From Acidobacteriota bacterium (GTDB lineage: Bacteria > Acidobacteriota > UBA890 > WLXD01), in the NCBI GenBank assembly GCA_965248695.1, contig CBDFKD010000002.1, positions 2,560,001 to 2,624,000 of the forward strand: a stretch of DNA of 64,000 nt, written 5' to 3'. Below, in pieces: positions 55,672 to 64,000 of this stretch (positions within the stretch are counted from its first letter, which is position 1; every line of letters begins with the position of its first letter). The notes beneath the pieces were generated by a model. That model was not told the DNA's origin. It was given only the letters and a program-made list of their open reading frames with translations, and ran no database searches. A program made the position numbers and the translations under genes.

Positions 55672-57876
55672 TCACCGCTCGCCGAGCTGCCACCAGACGA
55701 AGGCCAGCTCGGCAGCCGTGTCGTCGATCGAGCGCTGTACCGTGCGACCGCCGGCGTGGCCACGCCGCGGGTCGTACCGCAGGATCACCGGCCGGTCCGA
55801 TGACGTCGCCGCCTGCAGGCGAGCCGTCATCTTGCGCCCCTGCAGTGGCGACACGCGCGTATCGAGGTCGCCGGTGCTGATCAGCACCGCCGGATAGGGC
55901 GTGCGATCACGCACTGCCTGGTAGGGCGAGTAGCGCCGCAGGAAGGCGAACTGCTCCGGCAGCGCCGCGTTGCCGTATTCCAGCAGCGCCGGCTCGTTGT
56001 TGGTCTGCTCGAAGGTGAAGAACCTGACCATGTCGAGGTCGGGCACGCCGCACAGAACCGCGGCGAACAGATCCGGCCGTTGCGTCAGCGCGCTACCGAC
56101 CAGGAGACCGCCGTTGGAGCCACCGCGGATGGCCAAGTGCTCGGGGGAAGTGAAGCCGATGGCGATGAGATCCTCGCCGATGGCGATGAAATCATCGAAG
56201 ACGTTCTGCTTGTTCTCCAATCGACCATCGCGATGCCACTCCTCCCCGAGCTCGGTGCCACCCCGCAGGATCCCGTGAGCCCAGACCCCGCCGGCCTCGA
56301 CCCAGGCGACCGCCGCAGGGCTGAATCGCGGTGTCAGCGCGGCGCGGAATCCGCCGTAGCCGTTCAAGAGAGTGCGATTGGATCCGTCCAGGTCCACCCC
56401 GGGCAGGTGCACTACGAAGTAGGGCACCCGCGTGCCGTCGCGCGAGGTGGCCCAGCGCTGGCTCACGTCGTAGGCAGCGCCATCGAGCTCGACCCCGGGC
56501 AGCTCATGGACGACGAGCTCGCCGCTGTCGAGATCGAGCTCGTACTCCGTGCTCGGCATGACAAACGACGTCGCCCTGACGCGCACCGGAGCGTCGCCGC
56601 CACCGGATAGCGTCGCCGTTGATAGCGGCTGCACAGCAACCTCGCGGACGTGCCGTCCGTCGGCATCAAGCAGGTTCACGCGCGACGTCGCATCTTCGAA
56701 CGTCGATGTCGCCCAGCCATCGCCGGCGGGCAGCACCTGCCGCAGCACCTGAGAGCCCTCAGCGATCACCTCACGCCACTGCTGTGGCCCGCTAGCCGCA
56801 GTATCCACGGCCATCCAGCGGCCCAGCGGCGCCTCGTAGTCGGTCAGCACGTAGAGGGTGTCGTCAATGAATCGCGGCTCGAAATGGGCGTTGACACCCT
56901 CCGCCAGCGGCCGTACCGACCCCGCCAACGTCAGTCGATCGTCAGTCAGCGGCGCGATGTACAGGTCATGGCGCTGCCAGCCGTGGTTCACGTGGAAAAG
57001 CAGCTGCGAATCGTCGGCGATGCGCGAGGCTGATATGAACTGTTGCGGGCCGATGCCCGACCCGAACACCTCGACGTCGGCGGACGGATCGGTGCCGAGC
57101 CGATGCACTCGGGCACGCGGTCCGACGTCGCGCGAACGGTGAACGTAGAGAAACGAATCGGCCTCGACGTTCCACAGAAAGCTGCCGCCATAGAGCGCCG
57201 TCGGCAGGCGATCGGGTAGCTCAGCATCGGCATGCAGATCGAAGGCACGAATCTCGATCTCGTCGGGTCCACCGTCACGGACCGAGTACAGCATGACGCG
57301 ATCGTCCGGAGAGATGCTCAGGATGCGCACGGAGACCGTGCCGTCGTCGCGCATGGCCAGAGGATCGACGAGAACCTCGTACTCCAGTGTCGGATCGGGA
57401 GCTGCGTCGCCCGGCGATGCGTCGGGTAGCGCTCCGTCGGCAGCCGACCCTGACGCCACACCGTCACCTACCGCCGGACGCCGAACGATCCGGGCCACGG
57501 GCTCGCCGACGCGCCGCAACGTGAAGACCTGATGCGTCCCCGCCTGGCGCGGCTCGCCTACATCAGCGATGTCGATCAGCGTCGTGAGCCGCTCGCGGAA
57601 CGCACCCCGGTAGGCCTCGGCGGGTTCCAGGACGAGATCGGCGAACGCATTCTGGCGCTCGATCCAGTCTCGTGTCGCGGCGCTCTCCTGGTCCTCGAGC
57701 CAGCGATAGTCGTCGACGATCTCCTCTCCGTGCAGCACATCCACTACCGGGTCGCGGCGCGAGTCCGGCGGCGACCATGAGGACGACGCGGGCCCGCACC
57801 CGGACTCCAGGAGCGCCAGCATCACCACCCCGGTGAGCGCGGTGCTCCGGCGCCTCAATCGAGACCGGATGCGCAT
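55672..57876 (-). CDS. Prolyl oligopeptidase (S9A), probable lipoprotein
   Basis: DDYRWLED, GYGGF, GGSNGG, DTRV and GH motifs; ATG 57876 after GGAGG. Confidence 0.9.
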   Translation of the reverse strand: MRIRSRLRRRSTALTGVVMLALLESGCGPASSSWSPPDSRRDPVVDVLHGEEIVDDYRWLEDQESAATRDWIERQNAFADLVLEPAEAYRGAFRERLTTLIDIADVGEPRQAGTHQVFTLRRVGEPVARIVRRPAVGDGVASGSAADGALPDASPGDAAPDPTLEYEVLVDPLAMRDDGTVSVRILSISPDDRVMLYSVRDGGPDEIEIRAFDLHADAELPDRLPTALYGGSFLWNVEADSFLYVHRSRDVGPRARVHRLGTDPSADVEVFGSGIGPQQFISASRIADDSQLLFHVNHGWQRHDLYIAPLTDDRLTLAGSVRPLAEGVNAHFEPRFIDDTLYVLTDYEAPLGRWMAVDTAASGPQQWREVIAEGSQVLRQVLPAGDGWATSTFEDATSRVNLLDADGRHVREVAVQPLSTATLSGGGDAPVRVRATSFVMPSTEYELDLDSGELVVHELPGVELDGAAYDVSQRWATSRDGTRVPYFVVHLPGVDLDGSNRTLLNGYGGFRAALTPRFSPAAVAWVEAGGVWAHGILRGGTELGEEWHRDGRLENKQNVFDDFIAIGEDLIAIGFTSPEHLAIRGGSNGGLLVGSALTQRPDLFAAVLCGVPDLDMVRFFTFEQTNNEPALLEYGNAALPEQFAFLRRYSPYQAVRDRTPYPAVLISTGDLDTRVSPLQGRKMTARLQAATSSDRPVILRYDPRRGHAGGRTVQRSIDDTAAELAFVWWQLGER

Positions 57877-58025
57877 GACACCTCCGTTGCGGGATCGGGT
57901 TGGGCCGGGCCGACAGCTCTGGCACCGAACGACGCACGCTAGTGTAGGTCGATCTACGGTCACAGGGGGACGCCGGCGGCGGCCGTGGTGCTCGACGGAG
58001 GCCCCGGGAACCCGCGACCTGTGCA

Positions 58026-58078
58026 GCACCCGGGGCACTCGGAGCACCCGGAGCGCCCGGTGCCCCGGAGCGCCCGGC
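58026..58078. repeat. Degenerate 9-bp tandem repeat (about 6 units) in a divergent intergenic region
   Basis: gcacccggg gcactcgga gcacccgga gcgcccggt gccccgga gcgcccggc. Confidence 0.65.
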
Positions 58079-58151
58079 GGCGCGATACGATGCCCCCCTT
58101 CGGGGCTTCCCCGTCGGCCGACGACCTTCAACCGCAACACCGAGGACCCCC

Positions 58152-59051
58152 GTGCGGGCGCATAACCGCGGCTTCCTGGTCGTGTTCCTGGCCAACGCCT
58201 GCCTCAGCACGCTGCCTACGGCGGTCAAGATCGGCCTGACTGCGGGTGCCGCCACGCCGCTGCAGCTGCTCGCGCCGCGGATGATGCTTCGCAGCGGCTT
58301 GATCGGCCTGTACCTGTGGTTCGCACGGTCCGGGGTGATCCTGATCCGGCGTCGGGGACGGCTCGACTGCGCCCTCGCCGGCGCGCTGAACATCCTGAGC
58401 CTGCTGTTCTTCTACTGGGCGTTGCAGCGCATCGACGCCGCCATCGGCATGCTGGTGTTCGCCAGCTATCCCGCCTTGCTTCTGGGGATCCTGGCGTTGC
58501 GGGGCGAGACCATCACCCGCCTCGACTGGACGCGCCTGGCAATGGCGCTGATGGGTATCTCGCTGGTCTCCGACCTGACCGGCGACGTCGACCTGCTCGG
58601 AATCCTGCTCGCTGTCGTCTGCGCCATCCTCTACGCGCTCTACATGCTGGTCATCCACGCGCGGCTGGTGGCATATCCAGCCACGACTACGGCGTTCTGG
58701 GTCACCGGCTCGATGGGGCTGATCGGGTACGTATTGCTGCCGTTCGAGGCGCCGGGTGATCCGCTCACGTCAGTGGGCTGGGCGGTGGTGCTCTGGTCGG
58801 CAATCATCGGCACCGCCATCGCACGGGTCGCAACGATCCAGGGGGTTCGCCTGCTGGGTGGCGGACAGACGGCGTTGATGATGCCCATCGAAGCTGTAAT
58901 GAGCCTCGCCCTCGCCTGGGTGATTCTTGGCGAGCGGCTTGCGGCGGTGCAGTGGCTGGGTGCTGGTTTGATCATCGGCGCCGTGATGCTCGCACCCGCC
59001 CGCCGAATGCAGCTGCAACGCCGCCACAAACGACGCGCGAGCGGCGCCTGA
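58152..59051 (+). CDS. DMT/EamA-family transporter
   Basis: About 10 TM segments in two repeats; ILGERL..QWLGAGLI motif. Confidence 0.85.
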   Translation: MRAHNRGFLVVFLANACLSTLPTAVKIGLTAGAATPLQLLAPRMMLRSGLIGLYLWFARSGVILIRRRGRLDCALAGALNILSLLFFYWALQRIDAAIGMLVFASYPALLLGILALRGETITRLDWTRLAMALMGISLVSDLTGDVDLLGILLAVVCAILYALYMLVIHARLVAYPATTTAFWVTGSMGLIGYVLLPFEAPGDPLTSVGWAVVLWSAIIGTAIARVATIQGVRLLGGGQTALMMPIEAVMSLALAWVILGERLAAVQWLGAGLIIGAVMLAPARRMQLQRRHKRRASGA

Positions 59052-59117
59052 ATCCGGATTCTGCGCGGCCGAGCCTGGATGCTGTCTGCGCGGCGGTGTG
59101 GCCGCGCCGGTACCGCC

Positions 59118-60467
59118 CTACAGGATTCCGGCGCCGGTCAACAGTACGAAGGCTACCGCGAGCGGAATGAGAAACAGCATCAATGGCTTCCACGCGGCGG
59201 TGACCCGCACCCTGCCGGCGCCGGTGTTGGTGTCGTCGCGGAAACGATCGAACCCCCATACGAAGGCGACGTACAACGACAGCATCAGCCCGCCGAGGGG
59301 GAGCAAGTAGCTTCCCGTAGCCGTATCGAAAAGGGCGAACAGATCCATGCCCATCACGCTCAGGTTCGAGCCCGGCGCCAACGACAGAATCACGAGTGTC
59401 GACAATAGCCCGAACAGGCCGGCCAGTAGCCAGGTGGCCTGCGATCGGCGCAGCTTGGTCAGGTCGGTGAGGGAGGTGGTCAACACCTCGAACAGGGCGG
59501 CGGCAGAAGTGACGGCGGCCAGGATGAGCAGGAAGAAGAAGCCCCCACCGAAGACGCTGCCACCGGGCATACGCGCGAACATGTTCGTCATCGTGACGAA
59601 CAGGAGCCCTGGGCCGGTTTCCGGCTGGAGCCCGAAGGCGAACAGCGCCGGAAAGATCACCAGCCCGGCGAGAAAGGCGATGAACGTATCGCAGGCAACC
59701 ACCAGGGCAGCGTTGCCGGGGACGTCGCTGTCATCGGGGTGCAAATAGCTGCCGAGCCCGAAGGAAGCGGCCATTCCGATGCCGATTGAATAGAACGCTT
59801 GACCCTGAGCCGCCAGCAGGCTGCTGCTGTTGATCGCCGAGAAGTCGGGGGTCAGGTACCAGACGAGCCCGGCCCACGCACCGGGGTAGGTCACCGAGCG
59901 GATCGCCAGCAGCACCATCAGGACGAACAGCACCGGCATCGCGTACACGCCGACGCGCTCGAGACCGCGACGCAAACCGCGCCCGGCAATCAGCGCCAGC
60001 ACGACGATCACCAGCAACGTGTAGGCGATCACCGGTCCCGGAGTGCCGATAAACGTCTCGTAGGTTGCGGCCAGCTGCTCCGGAGGCATGCTCGTGAGCT
60101 GTCCGCTGACGATCATGCGGAAGTAGCCGAGGATCCAGCCGATCAGCATCACGTAGTACGACTGCATGAGCACTGCGGCCCCCACACCCACCCAGGCAAT
60201 CAGATTCCAGGGGCTCGTTGGCGAGCCCGTGAGGCTGATCATCCCGGCGACCGGCGTAAGCTGTGCCTTGCGGCCGAGGCTGATCTCGGCGCTCATCAAC
60301 GGAATGCCGATGAGGATGGCGAACAGCACGTACATGAGCAGAAACGCGCCGCCGCCGTTGGTGCCGGTGAGGTAGGGGAACCGCCAGATATTCCCCAGGC
60401 CGATGGCAAACCCCGCCGTCGCCATGATGAACCCGAAACGACTGGCCCAGGCTTCGCGCAATGTCAC
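59118..60467 (-). CDS. Sodium-dependent transporter (NSS/SNF family)
   Basis: REAWASRFGF..AIGLGNIWRFPY, NGGGAF, QAFYS and GPGLLF motifs. Confidence 0.93.
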   Translation of the reverse strand: MTLREAWASRFGFIMATAGFAIGLGNIWRFPYLTGTNGGGAFLLMYVLFAILIGIPLMSAEISLGRKAQLTPVAGMISLTGSPTSPWNLIAWVGVGAAVLMQSYYVMLIGWILGYFRMIVSGQLTSMPPEQLAATYETFIGTPGPVIAYTLLVIVVLALIAGRGLRRGLERVGVYAMPVLFVLMVLLAIRSVTYPGAWAGLVWYLTPDFSAINSSSLLAAQGQAFYSIGIGMAASFGLGSYLHPDDSDVPGNAALVVACDTFIAFLAGLVIFPALFAFGLQPETGPGLLFVTMTNMFARMPGGSVFGGGFFFLLILAAVTSAAALFEVLTTSLTDLTKLRRSQATWLLAGLFGLLSTLVILSLAPGSNLSVMGMDLFALFDTATGSYLLPLGGLMLSLYVAFVWGFDRFRDDTNTGAGRVRVTAAWKPLMLFLIPLAVAFVLLTGAGIL

Positions 60468-60546
60468 TGCTCCGCGGAAGAACCCACGCCCAGTGTACGC
60501 GATCTCGGCTACCGATCAGCGGGCGCGCACCACCGGAGCCCACGCC

Positions 60547-60786
60547 CTAGTCGGTCGTCGCGGTCTCCTGGGTCTCTTCGGACTCCTCGGACTCTTTGGT
60601 CTCCTCGGGCTCGCTGAGAATCCCGAGACCGACGAGATCGTCGCGCGATGCCATCTGCGTGCCCGGCTGCTTGCCGTGACGGCGCTCGCGCTTCAGGGCC
60701 TGCTTTTCGGCCTTCCGCCGCTCGCGCTGCCGCTTGGCTGCCTCCCGCTGTCGCTTCAGTACTGATGTTCTACTTCGTCTGGCCAT
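60547..60786 (-). CDS. Small protein with basic N-terminus and acidic tail
   Basis: MARRSRTSVLKRQRE..RRKAEK..EETKESEESEET; AGGGG RBS; downstream of the cold-shock gene. Confidence 0.6.
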   Translation of the reverse strand: MARRSRTSVLKRQREAAKRQRERRKAEKQALKRERRHGKQPGTQMASRDDLVGLGILSEPEETKESEESEETQETATTD

Positions 60787-60932
60787 AAACCCCTGCAGTC
60801 GTTTTCTGGAATCGAAGGCTTCGTCGGTACGGCGCGGCGCCAATGACGATCGCGCCACCCGTGGTTCTTCACGGGCAGCGCGACGGTAACGTCATGACTG
60901 GATACGATACCGACAGGAGTCCCGCGGTCAGG

Positions 60933-61133
60933 CTAGAGGGGGCGTACGTTCGCCGCCGCCGGCCCCTTGGGCCCCTGAGTTACATCGAACTCGACCTTCT
61001 GGTCTTCCAGCAGCGTGCGGTGACCCTCAGCCACGATCGCGGTCTGGTGCACGAACACGTCCGGGCCCTCTTCCTGGGCAATAAAGCCGAAGCCCTTCGT
61101 GTCGTTGAACCACTTCACAGTGCCGATAGCCAC
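60933..61133 (-). CDS. Cold-shock protein (CspA family)
   Basis: GTG start after GGGAGG; GTVKWFN, KGFGFI (RNP1), VFVH (RNP2) and GPKGP motifs; 66 aa. Confidence 0.96.
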   Translation of the reverse strand: MAIGTVKWFNDTKGFGFIAQEEGPDVFVHQTAIVAEGHRTLLEDQKVEFDVTQGPKGPAAANVRPL

Positions 61134-61286
61134 GGGTACACCTCCCTCTAAGGAACGTGGTGGGTGTTGCCTTGACGGAGGCAGTGCCGACCATCGGCAC
61201 AGCATTGCTCTGTTTCGAGCGTCGCGAGCGACGAATAAGCTCGGCGCCAATCACAACTTCCACTTCTGTTTGGCCAAAGTCTAACA
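61134..61286 (-). promoter_or_regulatory. Extended -10 promoter and long 5' UTR of the cold-shock gene
   Basis: TGtTAGACT at 61286-61278 implies a leader of about 135-140 nt; long leaders are typical of cspA-type genes. Confidence 0.5.
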
Positions 61287-61421
61287 GGCACGGCTAGCCG
61301 AGGCTCCACTCAGGGCCCGGCCGGGTGCGCCGGTTTGAACGATTGGCTCCCGCCCCGCGGACGCTCTGCCCCTGCAGAGATCGACGAGGTGACCATCTTC
61401 GAGATCTCGATGTGATCATTT

Positions 61422-61461
61422 CGCTACACTGTGGTAATATCTATAATACTACATTGTAGTA
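61422..61461 (+). promoter_or_regulatory. Promoter -10 box flanked by palindromic operator sites upstream of padR
   Basis: TATAAT at 61442-61447; perfect palindrome TACTACA-T-TGTAGTA at 61447-61461; degenerate copy CGCTACA-C-TGTGGTA at 61422-61436. Confidence 0.65.
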
Positions 61462-61533
61462 AAATCGATCTCAGCACCCACCTTTTCGTCGGTTGGTGCA
61501 AGTACCTACAGACGGAGATACAGGCGAACGACC

Positions 61534-61869
61534 ATGGGCTATCTCGGCGAATTCGAACAGCTGATCCTCTTTGCCGTCGTCGAACTCGGCGACGATGCCT
61601 ACGGCGGAGCGATCCGGGAGACCATCGAACGGCGGACCGGCCGCGTGGTCTCCTCGGGGGCGATCTACACGGCGCTGGGCCGGCTCGCCGAACGAAATCT
61701 GGTCACGTCGACGATAGGCGAACCTACGCCGGGGCGCGCCGGCCGACCCCGAAAGTACTACTCGTTGGAGCCGTCGGGGGCTCGTGCGCTGCGAACCACC
61801 TACTCCACCATCCAGGCGATGGCCGGTGGGCTGGCCACCAGGCTCGATGAGCTGGCGGAGGAGCGCTAG
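61534..61869 (+). CDS. PadR-family transcriptional regulator (short type), with no downstream permease
   Basis: LGEFEQLILFAV, GAIYTALGRL and GRPRKYY motifs. Confidence 0.9.
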   Translation: MGYLGEFEQLILFAVVELGDDAYGGAIRETIERRTGRVVSSGAIYTALGRLAERNLVTSTIGEPTPGRAGRPRKYYSLEPSGARALRTTYSTIQAMAGGLATRLDELAEER

Positions 61870-61978
61870 TGGCCTGTAACAGAGGAATCGTTAGTGCCGT
61901 GGTGGCGAAATGGGGTCGGATGCAAGGCGCTCCGACGAGTCGATGTTGGTGCATCTCCGAGGAGGAGCAACAGAGCAG
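61866..61978. mobile_element. Truncated, diverged second copy of the CTAG-bounded MITE-like element
   Basis: First 18 nt (ctagtggcctgtaacaga) are identical to the reverse complement of the 14809 end; shared core caaggcgc..cgacga.gtcgatg..ttgg..catc..tcc..ggag..gcaac; no second terminal repeat. Confidence 0.7.
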
Positions 61979-62000
61979 GCTACGGGTTCAACGTTCCGCG

Positions 62001-63146
62001 TCAGCTCCCTTCAGGCCGGTACGCCCGATCGGGCGTGAGCTGGGCGCCGGTGAGCCCGGCTGGCTCGCTTTCTCCGACCACCGGCATCCGTAGTGTACCG
62101 ATGCCGTCTATGGTGGCCTCGATCACCTCACCAGCCTGGAGAAAACGTTGCTCGCCGCGCACCGAGGTGCCGACGCCGGTGCCGCCCGACGTGCCGTTGT
62201 TGATCACGTCGCCCGGGAACAGCGTGACGATCGAGGAGCCGTACTCGACCAGCTCCCACAGCGTGTGGATCATGTCGCCCGCCGTGGCCTCCTGCATCTG
62301 CTCGTCGCCGACGCTCAGCGTCTGCCGCAGGATCTCCATCGGATTGCCATAGAACTCCTTCGGCACGATCCAGGGACCCTGCGGAGCAAAGGTGTCGTGG
62401 CCCTTGCCGACGAACCAATCCGAGCGCAGCGGGTTGCCGCCCGGCGGCCGGCCGCCGCGATCGGAGATGTCGAGCGTCACCGTGTAGCCGAAGATGTGCG
62501 CCTCAGCGTCGTTGGCGGAAACGTACTTCGCGGTGCGGCCGATGACCGCACCGAGCTCGACCTCCCAGTCGATTCGGTCGCGACCGAACGGGATGACGAC
62601 AGGGTCACCGTTGCCGATCACGGCGCCCCGGCTGGGCTTCATGAACAGGTACGGAACGCCGCGATTCTCGCGCCGCTGACGACGTGCCTCGGTGCGTTCT
62701 TCGTCCGACCCCGACTCGTTGACGTGGCTGTAGAAATTCACCGCCGCGTTGAGGATCTTGCCCGGATACAGAATGGGCGGAAGCGTGCGCACCTGCCCGA
62801 CTTCATAGATGTAGTCCGGACGATTCACCGTGAGCATGTCGTGTCCAACTACGTGATCGACCAGCTCGTACAGGCGAGCCTTCATCCCGTACTCGTATCG
62901 GGAGATGAGCTCCAGCATGTCGGCGGGCAACGGGATCTGCGGATACGCCGAGTCTCGCTCCAGATCGGCGTTGGCGCGATCAAGCACCACGATGTAGTGG
63001 TCGCGCAGCACGACCCCCACCTCGGGCACCCCGTCGATCTCGAATGTCCCGACCTTGAAGGGTTCGGAGATGGAATCGACTTGCGCAGAGACCGGGAACG
63101 GGCTGGCAAGAGTCAGGAGCACAGTGAGAGCTAGGGCGTTTCGCAT
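62001..63146 (-). CDS. Fumarylacetoacetate hydrolase family protein with signal peptide
   Basis: AVNFYSH, LFMK, DWEVELG, LDISDR, GKGHDTF and PGDVI.GT motifs; signal MRNALALTVLL...VSA|Q. Confidence 0.88.
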   Translation of the reverse strand: MRNALALTVLLTLASPFPVSAQVDSISEPFKVGTFEIDGVPEVGVVLRDHYIVVLDRANADLERDSAYPQIPLPADMLELISRYEYGMKARLYELVDHVVGHDMLTVNRPDYIYEVGQVRTLPPILYPGKILNAAVNFYSHVNESGSDEERTEARRQRRENRGVPYLFMKPSRGAVIGNGDPVVIPFGRDRIDWEVELGAVIGRTAKYVSANDAEAHIFGYTVTLDISDRGGRPPGGNPLRSDWFVGKGHDTFAPQGPWIVPKEFYGNPMEILRQTLSVGDEQMQEATAGDMIHTLWELVEYGSSIVTLFPGDVINNGTSGGTGVGTSVRGEQRFLQAGEVIEATIDGIGTLRMPVVGESEPAGLTGAQLTPDRAYRPEGS

Positions 63147-63401
63147 GGGAGCGCCTCATCGAGTTACTGGGTTCGATACCCGTCCGACAGCCACGATTGC
63201 TTGGACGGCAAACGTTTGTAGCACGCGTCCTCGAGAGTGGTCGAGGGAGTGCACCGCCAGTCAGGGCCTGGGCCGGGGCGAGGCTCCCTGGCGTCGGCTC
63301 GCGCTCGCGCCGCGGCCGCGGCCGCGTGTCGGAGAGCTAGGCCAGGGTCGCTACGTGTCCGTTGGAGCGATCCGCTTCAGGCCCACAGCTCACATCAAGG
63401 A

Positions 63402-63911
63402 TCAACTCGACTTGCAAACCACGAGCTTGTTCGGAGCATGGCCTGAATACGAGACGATCCGCCAGCTGTCGTCCGCCTTTCCGAGGATGTAGGTCACCCC
63501 CCCGACGGACATGATGCTGCCGTCGGCGCGAGTGCGGGTGTTCGTGCCGCTGACGATCGCAGTGCCCGCATTCAGAACACAGACGTTCTTGGTGGTGAAG
63601 ATCGACCTGTTCCAGTCGCGCTCCAACAGGCCCGCAATCGCCGCCTCGAAGAACGCCAGGTTCTCTTCCTCGGTCGTATGGACCGAAATTCCGTTTCCGC
63701 CAATGGTCATCCACGGCAAGTGGAACGGATCGGTCGATAGCGCCTGCGGATTCCTCTCGTAGTAGAGGTTGTAGTAGCCCTCGACATGGCGCTGCGCCTC
63801 CGCCTTGATGAGGGCCTCCTCCGCGGCCGTCATCTCCTGGCCGACTGCAGGCAGGCTAGCCAGAACGAGGAAGAGTGCCGCGACGACGATGGTGCGACAG
63901 GAGTGCTTCAT
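63402..63911 (-). CDS. Secreted NTF2/SnoaL-like hypothetical protein
   Basis: GGAGGA RBS and signal peptide; TYILGKADDSWRIV C-terminal strand pattern. Confidence 0.6.
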   Translation of the reverse strand: MKHSCRTIVVAALFLVLASLPAVGQEMTAAEEALIKAEAQRHVEGYYNLYYERNPQALSTDPFHLPWMTIGGNGISVHTTEEENLAFFEAAIAGLLERDWNRSIFTTKNVCVLNAGTAIVSGTNTRTRADGSIMSVGGVTYILGKADDSWRIVSYSGHAPNKLVVCKSS

Positions 63912-64000
63912 GGTGTCCTCCACGAAAATGGTGTTTGGGGAGTGCTACGAGTTGTCACGTTCTTGACTCTGCCTTCCGTCGAGACTGCTTGATCCGAGAG

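Noticed and set aside
58026-58078. CRISPR array
   Set aside because: Units are 9 bp with no spacers and no cas genes are present.
61869-62093. 74-aa ORF after padR
   Set aside because: It lies over the truncated MITE copy and overlaps the FAH gene antisense.
63147-63401. GC-rich palindromic intergenic stretch as a possible ncRNA
   Set aside because: The pairing is explainable by GC content, and no recognisable RNA family motif was seen.

Overview
GC-rich bacterial chromosome segment with about 45 protein-coding genes. No rRNA, tRNA, CRISPR array, transposase or prophage genes were seen. Three duplicated MacB/FtsX orphan permeases (ADOP type), two short PadR regulators and a DUF1592/DUF1552/ankyrin triad point to Acidobacteriota or a similar lineage (inference). 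Main contents: cysE-cysK; a DUF1592-DUF1552-ankyrin operon; many secreted hydrolases; prpE; a DevB-DevC-DevC-DevA(cNMP) exporter with a frame break; and a complete quinohemoprotein amine dehydrogenase locus qhpG-A-D-C-B-F-E (36.6-45.4 kb). Its gamma subunit is atypical: it has a fifth Cys spaced like a fourth thioether crosslink, a Pro/Gln insert, and changes near the CTQ site. Signals missing from the ORF track: a 189-bp CTAG-bounded hairpin MITE with a second truncated copy (both at TAG stop codons), an isolated ECF sigma region-4 remnant, a shared AAAC-N17-CGTC promoter-like motif before two ADOP genes, and a palindromic operator before an orphan PadR. All family assignments are from motif recognition; no database searches were run.
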